A stretch of 64,000 bases of DNA, from positions 53,779 through 117,778 of IMG/VR virus record IMGVR_UViG_3300049595_001870; one strand, given 5' to 3'. Below the pieces are notes generated by a model. The model was not told where the DNA came from, searched no databases, and was given only the letters and a program-made list of their open reading frames with translations. This DNA comes from a virus. Numbering within the stretch: position 1 is the first letter of the stretch; each line of letters begins with the position of its first letter. Positions 33,080 through 43,894 of this stretch are shown in pieces. A program made the translations under genes and the position numbers.

Positions 33080-35985
33080 TACTCTGCTCCCTGAACGCCT
33101 TCGACAAGAACACCATGGATGACGACCGCGTCTGCGGCCTGCGTGCCGGCCAACGCGACGGCCACATGCTTGTCCGATCCAGCACTCCTGTCATTGCGAC
33201 GGCCACCAAACGCCGCGCGCGCCATGCCATTGGCGTCACCCAATGCACTGCGGGCGAGCTTCATGTCCAGTTCAGCAACGGTCGCACCTTGCTCGGCCAC
33301 AAAGCCCGCGCCAACATCTGTTCTGATGGCGTTTGCTCGCGGCGTATCTGAGTTGTTGTAGTGCAGGCCAACTTGCAGCTTGGCCGTGCCGGCTGTCGGC
33401 TTGTACACCACACTGATCGCTCCGGCGTCTTCCTCCCCCAAGACCAGCGGCCCGGTGCGGAAGGCATACGGAACGGCCGTTCCTGCATCAGACAGCCCTC
33501 CGGACTTCAGAAGCCCGCCCGAGGCGGTAGCACTGACTTGCACCCAGCGGTTGCCAAGCAACGACAGATTGGAGGCCGTGACCGCCACGGGGTACGTTTC
33601 CTCCCACCATGCCTTGGTGGCCACGCAATAGCACAGAGCCCGCACCGGCTGCGTGTCTCCCGGCGCGCAATAGTGGAATCGCACGGTCTTCGTCAGCCAG
33701 TCGGACGACACGTGGAACTTGTCGGCTTGGCTGAAATCAATTGAGTTGTCTCGCCACTTGTCGTCTATGGCTGCTGATATCGCCTCATCCTTCTGACCGT
33801 CGAAAGCGTAGACGCCGTTGGAGTCGGCAAGAAACAATACGCCCCCGAGGACGGTCCAGCAGCGGCTGTTCATCACGCCGCGGTAGGCGACCAGCGTGAT
33901 GCTTGCGTCGATAATCGGCTGCGACACGTACATCAACTTATAGATATGCGATTGCTGGATTACCAGCAGCATCGGCCCCAGCGGCGCCAAGGCGACAACC
34001 TTGTCCGGCGTTGAGCTGTTTTCTTGGACGATCAGCTCGTTGTCGGCGCTGACGCTTTCCGGTTCGTCAATTTCTGAAAAGTACAGAGTGTTCGGCCGCA
34101 GGCCCAAGGCATCCACGGCATACCACGCGCGGTCTTGGAACATGGTCGCCACAGCAAACTCGCCGGGCGGCACAGCGAACCTCCGCGCGTTAGCCTGTCC
34201 ACTTGGCAGCGTGACGGGCATCAGGCCATAGTTGTCGCGGCTGGTGTCCGCCAGATCGATGTCGGTTATGGATTCGACGTACGTGCCGCTCCATTGCGCG
34301 TCCGTCTTTTTGATGGTTCCGACACGGAACAGGATGGTTCTCTGATCGGGCGTGGTGCGCCACAGCTCCATGCCGACCACGCGGTCGTCCACGCCGTAGT
34401 GGCGGAATTTCCACGTGAGGCTCGCGGCCCCGTCCCCGCAATCCACTTCCACCAGATCCGAAATGGAGGAGTACACGGGGCCGTTCTCTTCCTCCGGCGT
34501 GTCGTCAAAGTAACGTATGCAACAGTAGTAGACTCCGCGCAGCGTATCGCGCAGGGTGGCTTGCGCGCGTGCCTCAGAGTCGGAGACATACGCCGTCGGA
34601 AACTCAGAGTATTCGCCGCGACTCACCACGGTGGCTGCTGTCACGCGACCATTGGCCACGGCCGCCTCCGCTGTGGCGTCAACTGTTTCCGTGTCGGCGA
34701 CGTTTCGGCGAATCGTAACCACGGGCGGTGTGTAGTAGCCGTCTCCGGAGTTGCCGACTGTAAGCGAAGAGATGCCGAATCGCATGCCGACCGCAACCGC
34801 TGCGCCGGATCCACTCAGGCTGTTGATGGTTGCGGTCACACCAGAGGTGGTTGCGCCAGTGCCGGACTCCAATACGACGAGCCCGATCACTTGGCCGTTG
34901 GAGTTGACGACTACCCGTGCCGAGGCTCCTGTCAGTCCCTGCGCCGTGCTGAAAGTCAGTGTTGCGGCGTATGTGCCGGATGATGTGTAGCCGGTGCCTC
35001 CGGCCAGCACGCTCAAACTATTTACGCCGCCGACCATGCCGACATTGAATGTCGCTCCAGTCCCAACGCCGCCTGACACGGTGACGGTCGGCGTGTCTTG
35101 GTAGCCGGCGCCTTGGTCGGTCACAATGATGCGATCGACCCTGCCATTGGCGACGACGGCCCTGGCTGTGGCTGGCCGGTCGGGCGTCCCGCCGGTCAGC
35201 GTAACCGTCGGCAGGCCATGGTAGCCCGCCCCGCCACGCACCATCTGAATCGCGGAGATGTATTTTCCGCCGGCCGTGCTTGCGGCCGATACAGTAGGCC
35301 CGATCGCAGGCTTGTTGAGGCCAATCGGCACAATAGACGGAACGAAATCACTGCCCACCAAAAGCTGCTGACCGGATGGCGTAACGACGGCCTCGCCAGC
35401 GTTAGTGACAAGAATGCCCTGCATGCTGTATTCGCCCTCACGGAACGAATACCGAAAACCACGCCCGCCGCCGTCTACGCCGTAAACGTCGTTGAAGCGG
35501 CCACGGAAAAAGCTCACCGGGCGCAGCGGCCCCGTGGCTGCGTACGCAACGGCAAAGGCGCCTGTGCCGTACTCCAGCAGAGTCACCGCGCCGATCGCCG
35601 ACGTAGTGGCTGCTAGAACTGCCTGGGTTGAACTGACCCAGTTCTGGATCAGCGCGGTTGTCCCGGCCGACAGGATCGGCCATGTGGTGGCCGTCAGCGA
35701 TGCGGCAAACGTGATGGTCGCCGTGCTTGTGCCGGCGGTCACTGATGCAACAGTCGCAGCCTGCGAGGGGACGCGCAGTGCCACTGTTGGGTTGCTGGTG
35801 TACCCGGTTCCAGCCGACGTAACGACAATCGACTCCACCTTGCCGCCAGCAAGATGCGCTTGCGCCGCAGCACCCGCGCCGCCTCCACCAGACAAGATGA
35901 CGTTTGGCGGTGAGGTGTAGTTAGTGCCGCCGCTGGTGACGACAAATTTCACCAAGCCGCCATTGGTCCGTGCGCCAATTTGCAT
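33079..35985 (-). CDS. Tail tubular/nozzle (gp10-like) protein with N-terminal GxGY beta repeats
   Basis: Repeated (S/A/G)G(T/A/D)(G/N)Y-x3-P-x-V units; C-terminal propeller-like [20 protein letters not shown]. Confidence 0.65.
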   Translation of the reverse strand: MQIGARTNGGLVKFVVTSGGTNYTSPPNVILSGGGGAGAAAQAHLAGGKVESIVVTSAGTGYTSNPTVALRVPSQAATVASVTAGTSTATITFAASLTATTWPILSAGTTALIQNWVSSTQAVLAATTSAIGAVTLLEYGTGAFAVAYAATGPLRPVSFFRGRFNDVYGVDGGGRGFRYSFREGEYSMQGILVTNAGEAVVTPSGQQLLVGSDFVPSIVPIGLNKPAIGPTVSAASTAGGKYISAIQMVRGGAGYHGLPTVTLTGGTPDRPATARAVVANGRVDRIIVTDQGAGYQDTPTVTVSGGVGTGATFNVGMVGGVNSLSVLAGGTGYTSSGTYAATLTFSTAQGLTGASARVVVNSNGQVIGLVVLESGTGATTSGVTATINSLSGSGAAVAVGMRFGISSLTVGNSGDGYYTPPVVTIRRNVADTETVDATAEAAVANGRVTAATVVSRGEYSEFPTAYVSDSEARAQATLRDTLRGVYYCCIRYFDDTPEEENGPVYSSISDLVEVDCGDGAASLTWKFRHYGVDDRVVGMELWRTTPDQRTILFRVGTIKKTDAQWSGTYVESITDIDLADTSRDNYGLMPVTLPSGQANARRFAVPPGEFAVATMFQDRAWYAVDALGLRPNTLYFSEIDEPESVSADNELIVQENSSTPDKVVALAPLGPMLLVIQQSHIYKLMYVSQPIIDASITLVAYRGVMNSRCWTVLGGVLFLADSNGVYAFDGQKDEAISAAIDDKWRDNSIDFSQADKFHVSSDWLTKTVRFHYCAPGDTQPVRALCYCVATKAWWEETYPVAVTASNLSLLGNRWVQVSATASGGLLKSGGLSDAGTAVPYAFRTGPLVLGEEDAGAISVVYKPTAGTAKLQVGLHYNNSDTPRANAIRTDVGAGFVAEQGATVAELDMKLARSALGDANGMARAAFGGRRNDRSAGSDKHVAVALAGTQAADAVVIHGVLVEGVQGAE

Positions 35986-36251
35986 TAGCTAGGCCCTAGC
36001 GCGGCGCGGATCACTCCGTCGTCTGACTGATACAGCACGGCCTCCGTGTGAGCCGGGTAGCGAAACGAGTGCCAGATCCTGGCCGTGGAGCCGGTATGCA
36101 GCGTGAAGGACACGGCCTGCGTGCCCGGACGAACCGCCAGCTCTCCAGGGGCCAGAATCTGGAGATTCACCTGCGTCACCGCTGCGCCTGGTTTGATGGC
36201 GTACGGCGAAGCGTTGGTGACTAAGCCAGACCACTGCTCTATTGCGATCAT
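35985..36251 (-). CDS. Small tail protein resembling the N-terminal strand set of tail tubular B proteins
   Basis: WSGLVTNASP..QVNLQILAPGELAVRPG; TAATG coupling. Confidence 0.55.
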   Translation of the reverse strand: MIAIEQWSGLVTNASPYAIKPGAAVTQVNLQILAPGELAVRPGTQAVSFTLHTGSTARIWHSFRYPAHTEAVLYQSDDGVIRAALGPS

Positions 36252-37420
36252 CCGTTATCCGGGCCGCTTGGCGCCATGCGGATTGCCGTGCTGTAGGACA
36301 CCTCCGGGTTGCCGAAGAGCGCGCTGCGACGGCCCGAGATCGGCGACATCTGGTCGGCCTCCATGGCCATGCGAAGGTCCCGCATGTAGATGGCCGCAGA
36401 CTTTTCGACATCGCCCTTCCGCATCCGTGCCAGCCACAGCTCCGCTCCGGACAGGAGGGCAGAGAACATGCCGTCCGACAAATCCAGAAGGCTGCTCACA
36501 ACGTACTTGCGATCCGTGTACGTGCCGGTCAAAGCGTCCTTCAGGGTCAACGACGTTCCGCTGGCGATCGACTGAATGACGGACTGCTCTTGGTAGGGAT
36601 ACACGCCGGCCAGCGGCTCCGGGTAATTGACTCCGGAGTCGATGATGCGGAGAACACATCCAGCCATGTCAGCCTTGAACTGCGTATTGGTTCCCGTGAC
36701 AGAACTTGAGGCGGCACACGCCGCCGTGCCGGCCCTGGCACCCTGCTCGTACCCGGTGTACCTGGGCATCGTTACCTTGCGACGGTACGTGTAGTCCAAC
36801 GTCTCGGCCGCATCGGGATAGCCGCAGACCCGAACCGCCCATTTGTCAGGCACGGTGGACTGCTCGTCCCGCATGATCGTCCAATACACCGGATCGCCAG
36901 AGAGCAGGATCGACCGTTCGATCCGCGCCCACTCCGTCGGCGAGACGTACGATGTGATGCTGGTACGGTCCTGCGTGATCAGCGCGTCCATGTTCCGGAA
37001 GTCGGCCGGCAACTGATATGTGTTGCGGTACAGGATCACCTGCTTGCCGGCGCCGTCGAACGTAGACGGGAATTTGAATGTGCTGCTCAGAGTCAGGACC
37101 GTGTTGGATGTCCTGGCAGCGACCTGGGCCACCACGCCGCCGCTGTGGGCGCGGTAGGAGGTGGCGTTTGACGGCCAAGACCCTGATGCTCGCGTAAGGG
37201 TGGTCCCAGAGCCACCAATGGTGACCGTTACCGTCTCGGCCGGCTCCAGCATGAGGCGGCTCTGAGTGACATGCCACGCCCAGTCCTTGGCGTTCACCAA
37301 GTCACGGTAGGCGTGATGGACGGCCGATCGCAGCTCCCGCTGCTCGGCGTCCTGCGCCCCGCCGCCCGACACGGAAATCAGGTGGTCAATGACATCTTGG
37401 ACGGCGTAGTAGGACCCCAC
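36248..37420 (-). CDS. Head-tail adaptor / tail tubular A-like protein
   Basis: AVHHAYRDL..DWAW, YQLPADF, GYPDAAETLDYTY. Confidence 0.7.
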   Translation of the reverse strand: MGSYYAVQDVIDHLISVSGGGAQDAEQRELRSAVHHAYRDLVNAKDWAWHVTQSRLMLEPAETVTVTIGGSGTTLTRASGSWPSNATSYRAHSGGVVAQVAARTSNTVLTLSSTFKFPSTFDGAGKQVILYRNTYQLPADFRNMDALITQDRTSITSYVSPTEWARIERSILLSGDPVYWTIMRDEQSTVPDKWAVRVCGYPDAAETLDYTYRRKVTMPRYTGYEQGARAGTAACAASSSVTGTNTQFKADMAGCVLRIIDSGVNYPEPLAGVYPYQEQSVIQSIASGTSLTLKDALTGTYTDRKYVVSSLLDLSDGMFSALLSGAELWLARMRKGDVEKSAAIYMRDLRMAMEADQMSPISGRRSALFGNPEVSYSTAIRMAPSGPDNG

Positions 37421-37501
37421 GGCTTCTCCTTGGTTGATGGCCTACTAACTATTGCCCTCGGCGGCACAGCGAAAAATCACCCTGCCGTCAGCCGCCAAAT
37501 G

Positions 37502-37864
37502 TCAGGAAATAGCGCAGTCCGCCTGCACCTCGGCGCTCCACGCGCTGGATCCGTAGCTGTTGACAGCCTTCACCCTGTAATACGCCTGCCCGCCAAAGCC
37601 CTCAACGTCTAAGTTTGTTGAAGTGCCAGCACCGGAAAATGCCTCAGTGAACGAACCGCCGGACGCAAACGACCACTCCAGAACATACGATGTCGCGCCG
37701 GACACGCTGTCCCAGGATATCGTTCCGGTGCCAGTGCTGGTGTCACAGGCCGTCTGCGCGAGGCCAGTCGGAGTGGCAGGGGCAGATCCACCACCACCGC
37801 CGCCCGATTCTGTCGTTCGCGGGACAAGCATGAGCAATGGGTGCGCCATCAGATCGCCCTCCAC
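37502..37864 (-). CDS. Fibronectin type III domain protein
   Basis: PATPTGL..ISWDSVSGATSYVLEW..YYRVKAVNSYGSSAWS. Confidence 0.85.
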   Translation of the reverse strand: MEGDLMAHPLLMLVPRTTESGGGGGGSAPATPTGLAQTACDTSTGTGTISWDSVSGATSYVLEWSFASGGSFTEAFSGAGTSTNLDVEGFGGQAYYRVKAVNSYGSSAWSAEVQADCAIS

Positions 37865-39054
37865 CGAGATTCCGAAGTGTCATAGACCAGAAGGACGGCG
37901 TGCCCGTTGGCCGTGACGGCGTAGTCTGTGGCGCCCTTGGCCAGCACCCGGTTGGCTTCTGCGGAGCTGGTGTGCGCGTGCTTCACCGTGATGGTGTAGG
38001 TCGCGCCGGTGTTTACCAACAGCACGGCAACGCCTGTTGACCCACCTGTGAATCCTGTGAGGTCCCTGTTGGTGGTGGCCGCAGAAATGCGCACCACATC
38101 CAAAGCTCCCAGAGACAAATTGTGCGTGTCCTGCGTCAGGGCCGACACGCTCCCCATGACGATCAGGTACGGATCCGTTCCTCCACGCATATGCTGCGAT
38201 GCGTGCGTTGCGCCAGCCGCGCCGACCGACGCTGCACTGAGCGACACCGCACCTGTAACGCCGTTGACCGACGCCACTGGGCCGGTGGTGCCGGCGATCA
38301 GCGCAACAGCCGTGACGAAATTATCAACTGCCGTCGTCGCATGAGTATGCACCGTCGGCGCCGCACCGACCGAAGTGGCGCTGAGCGACACGGCACCCGT
38401 GACGCCGTTGACCGACGAAACGTCGCCGCCGCCGCCACCGCCCGAAATCGTCACTGCGCCCGTAAGCCCATTGACCGAGGTCACGGGCGCAGCAGTTGCA
38501 GCGATCGCCACCACGGCAGCGCCAAAATTGACGATGTCTCCGGTCGAATGATTGTGCGAGGCTGTTGCAGCGCCGACCGAAGCTGCGGCAAGGCTCACCG
38601 CACCAGTGAGGCCATTGACTGAAGCGACCGGAGTTGCCGTACCAATGACAGTCACCACGGCCGTGCTGAAGTCGCTGATGTCCTTGGCCACATGCCCGTG
38701 AGACGCCAAGGCAGCGCCGACTGCCGTGGCGTTGAGTGACACGGCGCCAGTCTGCCCGTTGACGGACGACACAGGCGCGGCCGTGGCCGCAATAGCAACG
38801 ACGGCTGTGTTGAAGTTGCTAATGTCGCCAGTCGCATGATTGTGCGATGCGGGCGCCGCGCCAACTGAAGTAGCGGCAAGGCTGACCGCACCGCTTAGAC
38901 CGTTCACGCTCGCCACGGGGCCGGACAAAGCCGCCAACGCACCAGCCGTGCCCTGGTAGGTGGTTTTGCTGTCGCTGCTGTTGAACAGCACTACGGAATC
39001 GATCGCCACCGTCCCGGCCGGCAGCGAGTTGATTTTGATTTGCGTGACGGACAT
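37849..39054 (-). CDS. Tail fibre with VxSVNGxTGAV(S/T) repeats
   Basis: Five SVNG(L/Q/V)(S/T)GAV units, several followed by H-x-H motifs. Confidence 0.8.
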   Translation of the reverse strand: MSVTQIKINSLPAGTVAIDSVVLFNSSDSKTTYQGTAGALAALSGPVASVNGLSGAVSLAATSVGAAPASHNHATGDISNFNTAVVAIAATAAPVSSVNGQTGAVSLNATAVGAALASHGHVAKDISDFSTAVVTVIGTATPVASVNGLTGAVSLAAASVGAATASHNHSTGDIVNFGAAVVAIAATAAPVTSVNGLTGAVTISGGGGGGDVSSVNGVTGAVSLSATSVGAAPTVHTHATTAVDNFVTAVALIAGTTGPVASVNGVTGAVSLSAASVGAAGATHASQHMRGGTDPYLIVMGSVSALTQDTHNLSLGALDVVRISAATTNRDLTGFTGGSTGVAVLLVNTGATYTITVKHAHTSSAEANRVLAKGATDYAVTANGHAVLLVYDTSESRWRAI

Positions 39055-39055
39055 C

Positions 39056-39382
39056 TCATCCCTTCAGGCAAACGGTCATGGAGCAAGAGGTGGCGCCAAC
39101 CACCACCGGCACAACAAACGGCAGGGCGAATGTCTGGTCGGGGAACGGAATGGCTCCGACGACAATCGCGGATGTGACAGCCGCGCCGCTGGCTTGCAGC
39201 GGCAGCGGAGTCCCTTCTGCGCTGGCGGCTCCGTGCCAGTTGATCTGCGTGCAACCGCCCGTGTTTGCTACCAGCACCACGCCGGAAGCGAAGGGGCCAA
39301 AGGCAACCCGCGGAGCCACGGAATTGGCGGAACTACTGGCGACGATGGCGGCTGTGGAAAAGTGGCGTGCGATGTCGTTCAT
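39056..39382 (-). CDS. Small beta-rich structural protein
   Basis: Coupled ORF in structural block. Confidence 0.6.
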   Translation of the reverse strand: MNDIARHFSTAAIVASSSANSVAPRVAFGPFASGVVLVANTGGCTQINWHGAASAEGTPLPLQASGAAVTSAIVVGAIPFPDQTFALPFVVPVVVGATSCSMTVCLKG

Positions 39383-39924
39383 ACGTTCCTCCCCTTAACT
39401 TTGTAGGCGTGCTGGGCGATGATCTTCTCTCTCAGTTCCCCGACCTTGGCTCGGGGATGTTTCTTACGCTCCTTGCGCAGCTCGTCACGGATGATCGACT
39501 CCGAAAGCAGCACGCGCTTCGGCGGCGCTAGCCCCGGATCGTAGTTTACGCTGCCCTCCACCTTGCGACTACGCCGCTTGGCCACTCGCAGTACATCGTC
39601 GGAAGACGACACCCACGCTTCAGGATCGCGCCAGCCGCGGCTGTCAGCCAAGCCGCCGCAGTAATACTTTCCGGAGATGTTAATGCCGGCGGCCCGCGCC
39701 TCGCGCGCCAGCCACTTGGCCTGAAGCGGAGGCATGTCGTCCAACTGCTGCTGGTTCATGCGGCCCTCCATGAACGCGCGGTCGGTGCCCTTTGTCCCTG
39801 GGGGGGTCTGTAAGGCGACCATGAGGGCCCACCGCTCACCATGCGGCAGTGCGGCTAGATACACCCGCTGAACCTCGGGGCTGGCTTCAGCGATCTCAGG
39901 CGGGAGCTTGCTGCGGTTCTTCAT
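39379..39924 (-). CDS. Hypothetical protein downstream of portal
   Basis: PPGTKGTDRAF..GKYYCGGLAD..DPEAWVS. Confidence 0.7.
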   Translation of the reverse strand: MKNRSKLPPEIAEASPEVQRVYLAALPHGERWALMVALQTPPGTKGTDRAFMEGRMNQQQLDDMPPLQAKWLAREARAAGINISGKYYCGGLADSRGWRDPEAWVSSSDDVLRVAKRRSRKVEGSVNYDPGLAPPKRVLLSESIIRDELRKERKKHPRAKVGELREKIIAQHAYKVKGRNV

Positions 39925-41878
39925 TTTGTGGTGGGGGTGGAGGTGGCGGGGGCGGGACCATGAACTCGGAAACATCCATCTGATTAACCTTGCCCCATTG
40001 CGCCATCACGCCATTGAACAGCTCCGGCCTGCCGGCCTGGAGCAGGCCCTGGGCAACCGGCATGATGACCTGCATGAAGTTGTTCAGGTTTTCCGTCTTG
40101 GTGGCGATGTTGGGCTTGCGGGCTGACCCGGCTTCGACGCGGTAGGCGTATTCCCGGACGATGGACTCCGGGTCTTCGTTCTGCACGTGCATCTGCCACG
40201 CTTGAGCAGCCATAGGTCCAAGGAGAGGAGCAACGTCCTGTGGGTACACCATCCAACGGGCCAGCAGGGCTTCCTTGCGAGCCACCTCGGATAAAGCGTC
40301 TTCCAGCGTATTGGCATAGTCGTCGGGGCGGACGCTGATCTGTTCCGCCTTCACGTTTGCTTCTGCCGCCGACCGGAACTGTGCCCGCGTCATGCCGTAA
40401 ATAAGCTCGGTCAGCCCAACCCGTCTATCAAAGAGATTGGTCACCTCCGAGATGATGTTGTACATGTCTTGCGACACGCCGGGCATTTGGAAGACGCTGA
40501 TGACATCGTTGACAGAGCGGCCGATGGCCTCGCTGATCTCAACGACGTTGAAGCCATTTTCCGATTTGTTGTCTAGGATCTTGGCCTTGATATCCGGATC
40601 GGCCGCCTTCGCCACGCCGACGAGCGTCTGTGAAGAGGTGGCAATGCGGGTGGCGAGAAAGCTCATCGCCCAGTTGATGAACCGCAGCTCTCCAATTCCG
40701 GGTTTTATAATGCTCACCGGCCAGGAGTAGCCCGGCTGCCCGTGCCAAGCAAGGAGCGTGAATGGCCAGCCGTTCGGCTCGGCCCAGAATGGGATCGGCC
40801 ACTGTGCCGCCATGAACATCGCCTGCGGCACGCCGGAATCATCGACCGGCTCCTGCAACATGGCCGGCGGCACGTTCAGCGGAAACTCCACGCCCTCGGC
40901 GACGACGATGTAACAGTTGGGCCCCATCGCGTCGAATACGCCGCGCAGGTCCTTGTCGGCGTCCTTCAAACGATCTCCGAAGCCCGTCTTGCTGTAGATT
41001 TCCCAGTAGCAGATCAGGTCGTTGGTCTTGCCGTTCTTCTTCTTGTGCAGATAGCCGCGGTCGTTCTGGTCGGCCCGGGAAGAATAGGATTCGATGTGAC
41101 CCTTGAGATCGTCCCGAGACAGGCCGAATTTGGCGGCCACCTCATCAATCGGCTGCACCCGCTTGCGGGCGGCCCAGCGGATGTCCTCGTACTCGTCGGC
41201 ATCCGGGTCCCAGACCAAATTGTCGATGGAGTCGAAGAACGATCCGGCCATCCGCACCTGGGCGCCGGGTGGGGCGTACAGCTCATGCCACCAGACCGAC
41301 GCACCCTTGATGAAAGCCTCTTCCACCACCTTGCGGGAGTGGCGCTTCAGGTCTAGCTCGTTGGGTGTGTAATTCAGGTAATCCTGCAAAAGCTGGCTGA
41401 TGAGCTTGCGCCGCTCAAACAGCATGCCCTGCTGCTGCATCATCTGCTGGTACATCTGCTCGCCAGGGTCTGGCATCATCACCGGCTGGCCGTCTGGGCC
41501 CATCACTGGCTGGCCGTCTGGGCCCATCTGCGGAGTGGGTGGCTGCGGGAAGATGCCCAAGAGCTGGGGGCCGATGATGGGGTATTCCTTCGGCGTCACC
41601 GCCCGCACTGGATTCCGGTGGTGAATCACCGCCGTAAACAGCCGGACGGCCTCCCAAACGCGGTTGACGACCATCCGGAAGGACGGCATGGTCAGGCCGC
41701 GGTTGTAGCCACGCACCCCGCTGGCGGCCTCCGTGCCCCACATGGCGTCGGGATCGGAGGAATAGAAGCCCATAGCCTCCTTGGCGTCCAAGGAGAATGG
41801 CTTCTTGTGTTCCTCGGCCTGCTTAATGCACTCCAGCCAACGGGTGACAATGGGGCGCAGCGGGTTTTCGTCGGGCAT
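39896..41878 (-). CDS. Portal protein
   Basis: 660 aa next to TerL; SAAEANVKAEQ, C-terminal Pro/Gln tail. Confidence 0.8.
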   Translation of the reverse strand: MPDENPLRPIVTRWLECIKQAEEHKKPFSLDAKEAMGFYSSDPDAMWGTEAASGVRGYNRGLTMPSFRMVVNRVWEAVRLFTAVIHHRNPVRAVTPKEYPIIGPQLLGIFPQPPTPQMGPDGQPVMGPDGQPVMMPDPGEQMYQQMMQQQGMLFERRKLISQLLQDYLNYTPNELDLKRHSRKVVEEAFIKGASVWWHELYAPPGAQVRMAGSFFDSIDNLVWDPDADEYEDIRWAARKRVQPIDEVAAKFGLSRDDLKGHIESYSSRADQNDRGYLHKKKNGKTNDLICYWEIYSKTGFGDRLKDADKDLRGVFDAMGPNCYIVVAEGVEFPLNVPPAMLQEPVDDSGVPQAMFMAAQWPIPFWAEPNGWPFTLLAWHGQPGYSWPVSIIKPGIGELRFINWAMSFLATRIATSSQTLVGVAKAADPDIKAKILDNKSENGFNVVEISEAIGRSVNDVISVFQMPGVSQDMYNIISEVTNLFDRRVGLTELIYGMTRAQFRSAAEANVKAEQISVRPDDYANTLEDALSEVARKEALLARWMVYPQDVAPLLGPMAAQAWQMHVQNEDPESIVREYAYRVEAGSARKPNIATKTENLNNFMQVIMPVAQGLLQAGRPELFNGVMAQWGKVNQMDVSEFMVPPPPPPPPPQNEEPQQAPA

Positions 41879-41894
41879 GGAGGGCTCCTAACTA

Positions 41895-42206
41895 CTATTG
41901 CCCCTCGGCCTTCTTCAGGCCCACCTTCCGCTCCAGCAGAGAAACCCGCTCAGACAGGGCCGCAATGTCCGTCTGTCGCTTGTGTTCCCAGTACCCGTAC
42001 CGCTTCCAGTCCGGGAAATCCTCCACGCCGGGGTCATCGACATGATGCGCGGACGGCTTGTCCACCGGCCCGCCGATGCCGAAGGCCACCAGATTCAGCG
42101 TCCGGGACGACGCCGTGACGACCAGGGCCGGCACGGGATCGGCCTCCTTGTGCGGGTAGAAGAGAACCCAGTCGCCGACGACGGCCTTGGGCATGACGTA
42201 GCTCAT
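41895..42206 (-). CDS. Hypothetical protein
   Basis: Between TerL and portal; C-terminal coiled coil. Confidence 0.7.
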   Translation of the reverse strand: MSYVMPKAVVGDWVLFYPHKEADPVPALVVTASSRTLNLVAFGIGGPVDKPSAHHVDDPGVEDFPDWKRYGYWEHKRQTDIAALSERVSLLERKVGLKKAEGQ

Positions 42207-43894
42207 TTTTGCAGGCTCCTAGTGGGGGCTAACAGAACGCACGGGTCCACCGACTCTCGCTGACGCTTTTTCCGCTCATCCATCCATTTCACCCACCACG
42301 GCTCGGGGCCGAGCTTCTTGGGTGGCCGGTGGTATTTCGGCTCATGGGCGCAGAGGTATTCCAGAGTCTGAACGGCGTGAACCTCGCCCCTGGTCTGTGG
42401 GGCGTCCGTCACGTACACCACACCGTTCACGGATGTCGTCTTCTTGCGGTAGCGACGGATCTCACGGACGAGATTGGGGCAGGTGCCCTCCAAGAGTCGC
42501 AGCCGCGTGGACCCGTCGCCGCGGATGTGCATCATCTGCCGCACCAGCGCCGTCCGCGCCGGGATGTCGTCGGAGCCAGGGATGAACTGATGACCAGTCA
42601 GAAGGAACTTCACGTTCCGCTTCTTCAGCTCTTCTGAATACAGTTCATGCGGCAACCGGCCGGAGCCAAGGTCGCGCAATGCGCCGCCGTGCATGTCCAT
42701 GATGGCGGCGCAGATGGGCGTGTGCTGAACTTTCTCCGCGAACTGCTCGCCCCAGATCAGCGCGTTGCAGTTGCGAATATACAGCTCATCGTACACAAGC
42801 AGATATCGTTCATCCGGCGGGACGGCCGCAAAGAGCGTGGCCATGACCGCGTGCCCCGGGTCGATGGCGACGTAGCGAGTCCAGTCGTCCGGGACATGAC
42901 CGCCGGGCAGCAACTCACGCCGCATCAGGTGTACCGACGGATTGAAGGTCGGATACATGAGAGTTGATTCGGTGGTGAACTCGCCCTCCGCACGCATGCG
43001 AAGCTCGTCCTGCCCGAGGGCCGACCAGCGTTCGATGTTCTTGCGGCGCTCCTCTTGGTCGATGTGCGGGTTGTCCAAGAAGCGGAGCGTGAACTTTTTG
43101 ATGATGGCCTTTTCGTTGCCGGCCTCGGCCTCGCGGTCGGCGCGCTCGCATAGCCCCAAGAGCGCATCGTTCTTGCTCCACGGCATGGCCGACCAGACAA
43201 AGCGCCCACGGCGATCGGAAAGACGAGCCTGCATCTCACCAACCCATCGCTCGTTATTGATGTCCTCATCGATGTGTACTAAGTCGGCCTGGAACCCCTG
43301 CGGCGGCTCGCCCTCGGACGAGAAGCAGTAGATCGTCCAGCCGTTCAGCAGCTCGGCTCTCTGGAGGTAGTTGGCGTTCTTGAGAACCCAAGAGAAATCC
43401 TTCACCATGCGCGGCGGGATGAGGGGCGGCGCCGGCTTGCTCTCAGGCTTCCTGGCATCGTCCGGGCCAGGACGGAAGGATCGCCAGCGGCCCGTCTCTT
43501 CGTCGCGGATGATTCGGAAGGCTCCGGCCTTAAAGAGCATGGGGTAGACCACCATGCCGATGTGCGGCCAGTTCTTGCCAATGATCACCAAGTTCCCGCC
43601 TTCCTTCGGGTACTTGCCGTACGGATCTTGGCCGGTGGCGGCGCGGGCGTCTTCGACAAAAGTGCAGGCGCTCTTGCCGCTGCGGTTGCCTCCGATTACA
43701 AGCCTTTCGCTTGCAAGACAGCGGTGGAATTCGTCCTGCTTTGGCATCGGCTCATACAGACGCAGCGCCTCAAGCCGGCGTTCCGCCAGCTCGGCCTGCA
43801 CATCCTTCATCTGCCCCAGTTGATGCTGGGTCAGCCCGCCAAGTGGGCCGTCAGGAACCGGCGGCGGGGGTACTTTCGGGTGTCGGCGGGGCAT
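42203..43894 (-). CDS. terL: Terminase large subunit
   Basis: Walker A GGNRSGKS, Walker B VHIDE, RuvC-like VAIDPG. Confidence 0.92.
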   Translation of the reverse strand: MPRRHPKVPPPPVPDGPLGGLTQHQLGQMKDVQAELAERRLEALRLYEPMPKQDEFHRCLASERLVIGGNRSGKSACTFVEDARAATGQDPYGKYPKEGGNLVIIGKNWPHIGMVVYPMLFKAGAFRIIRDEETGRWRSFRPGPDDARKPESKPAPPLIPPRMVKDFSWVLKNANYLQRAELLNGWTIYCFSSEGEPPQGFQADLVHIDEDINNERWVGEMQARLSDRRGRFVWSAMPWSKNDALLGLCERADREAEAGNEKAIIKKFTLRFLDNPHIDQEERRKNIERWSALGQDELRMRAEGEFTTESTLMYPTFNPSVHLMRRELLPGGHVPDDWTRYVAIDPGHAVMATLFAAVPPDERYLLVYDELYIRNCNALIWGEQFAEKVQHTPICAAIMDMHGGALRDLGSGRLPHELYSEELKKRNVKFLLTGHQFIPGSDDIPARTALVRQMMHIRGDGSTRLRLLEGTCPNLVREIRRYRKKTTSVNGVVYVTDAPQTRGEVHAVQTLEYLCAHEPKYHRPPKKLGPEPWWVKWMDERKKRQRESVDPCVLLAPTRSLQK

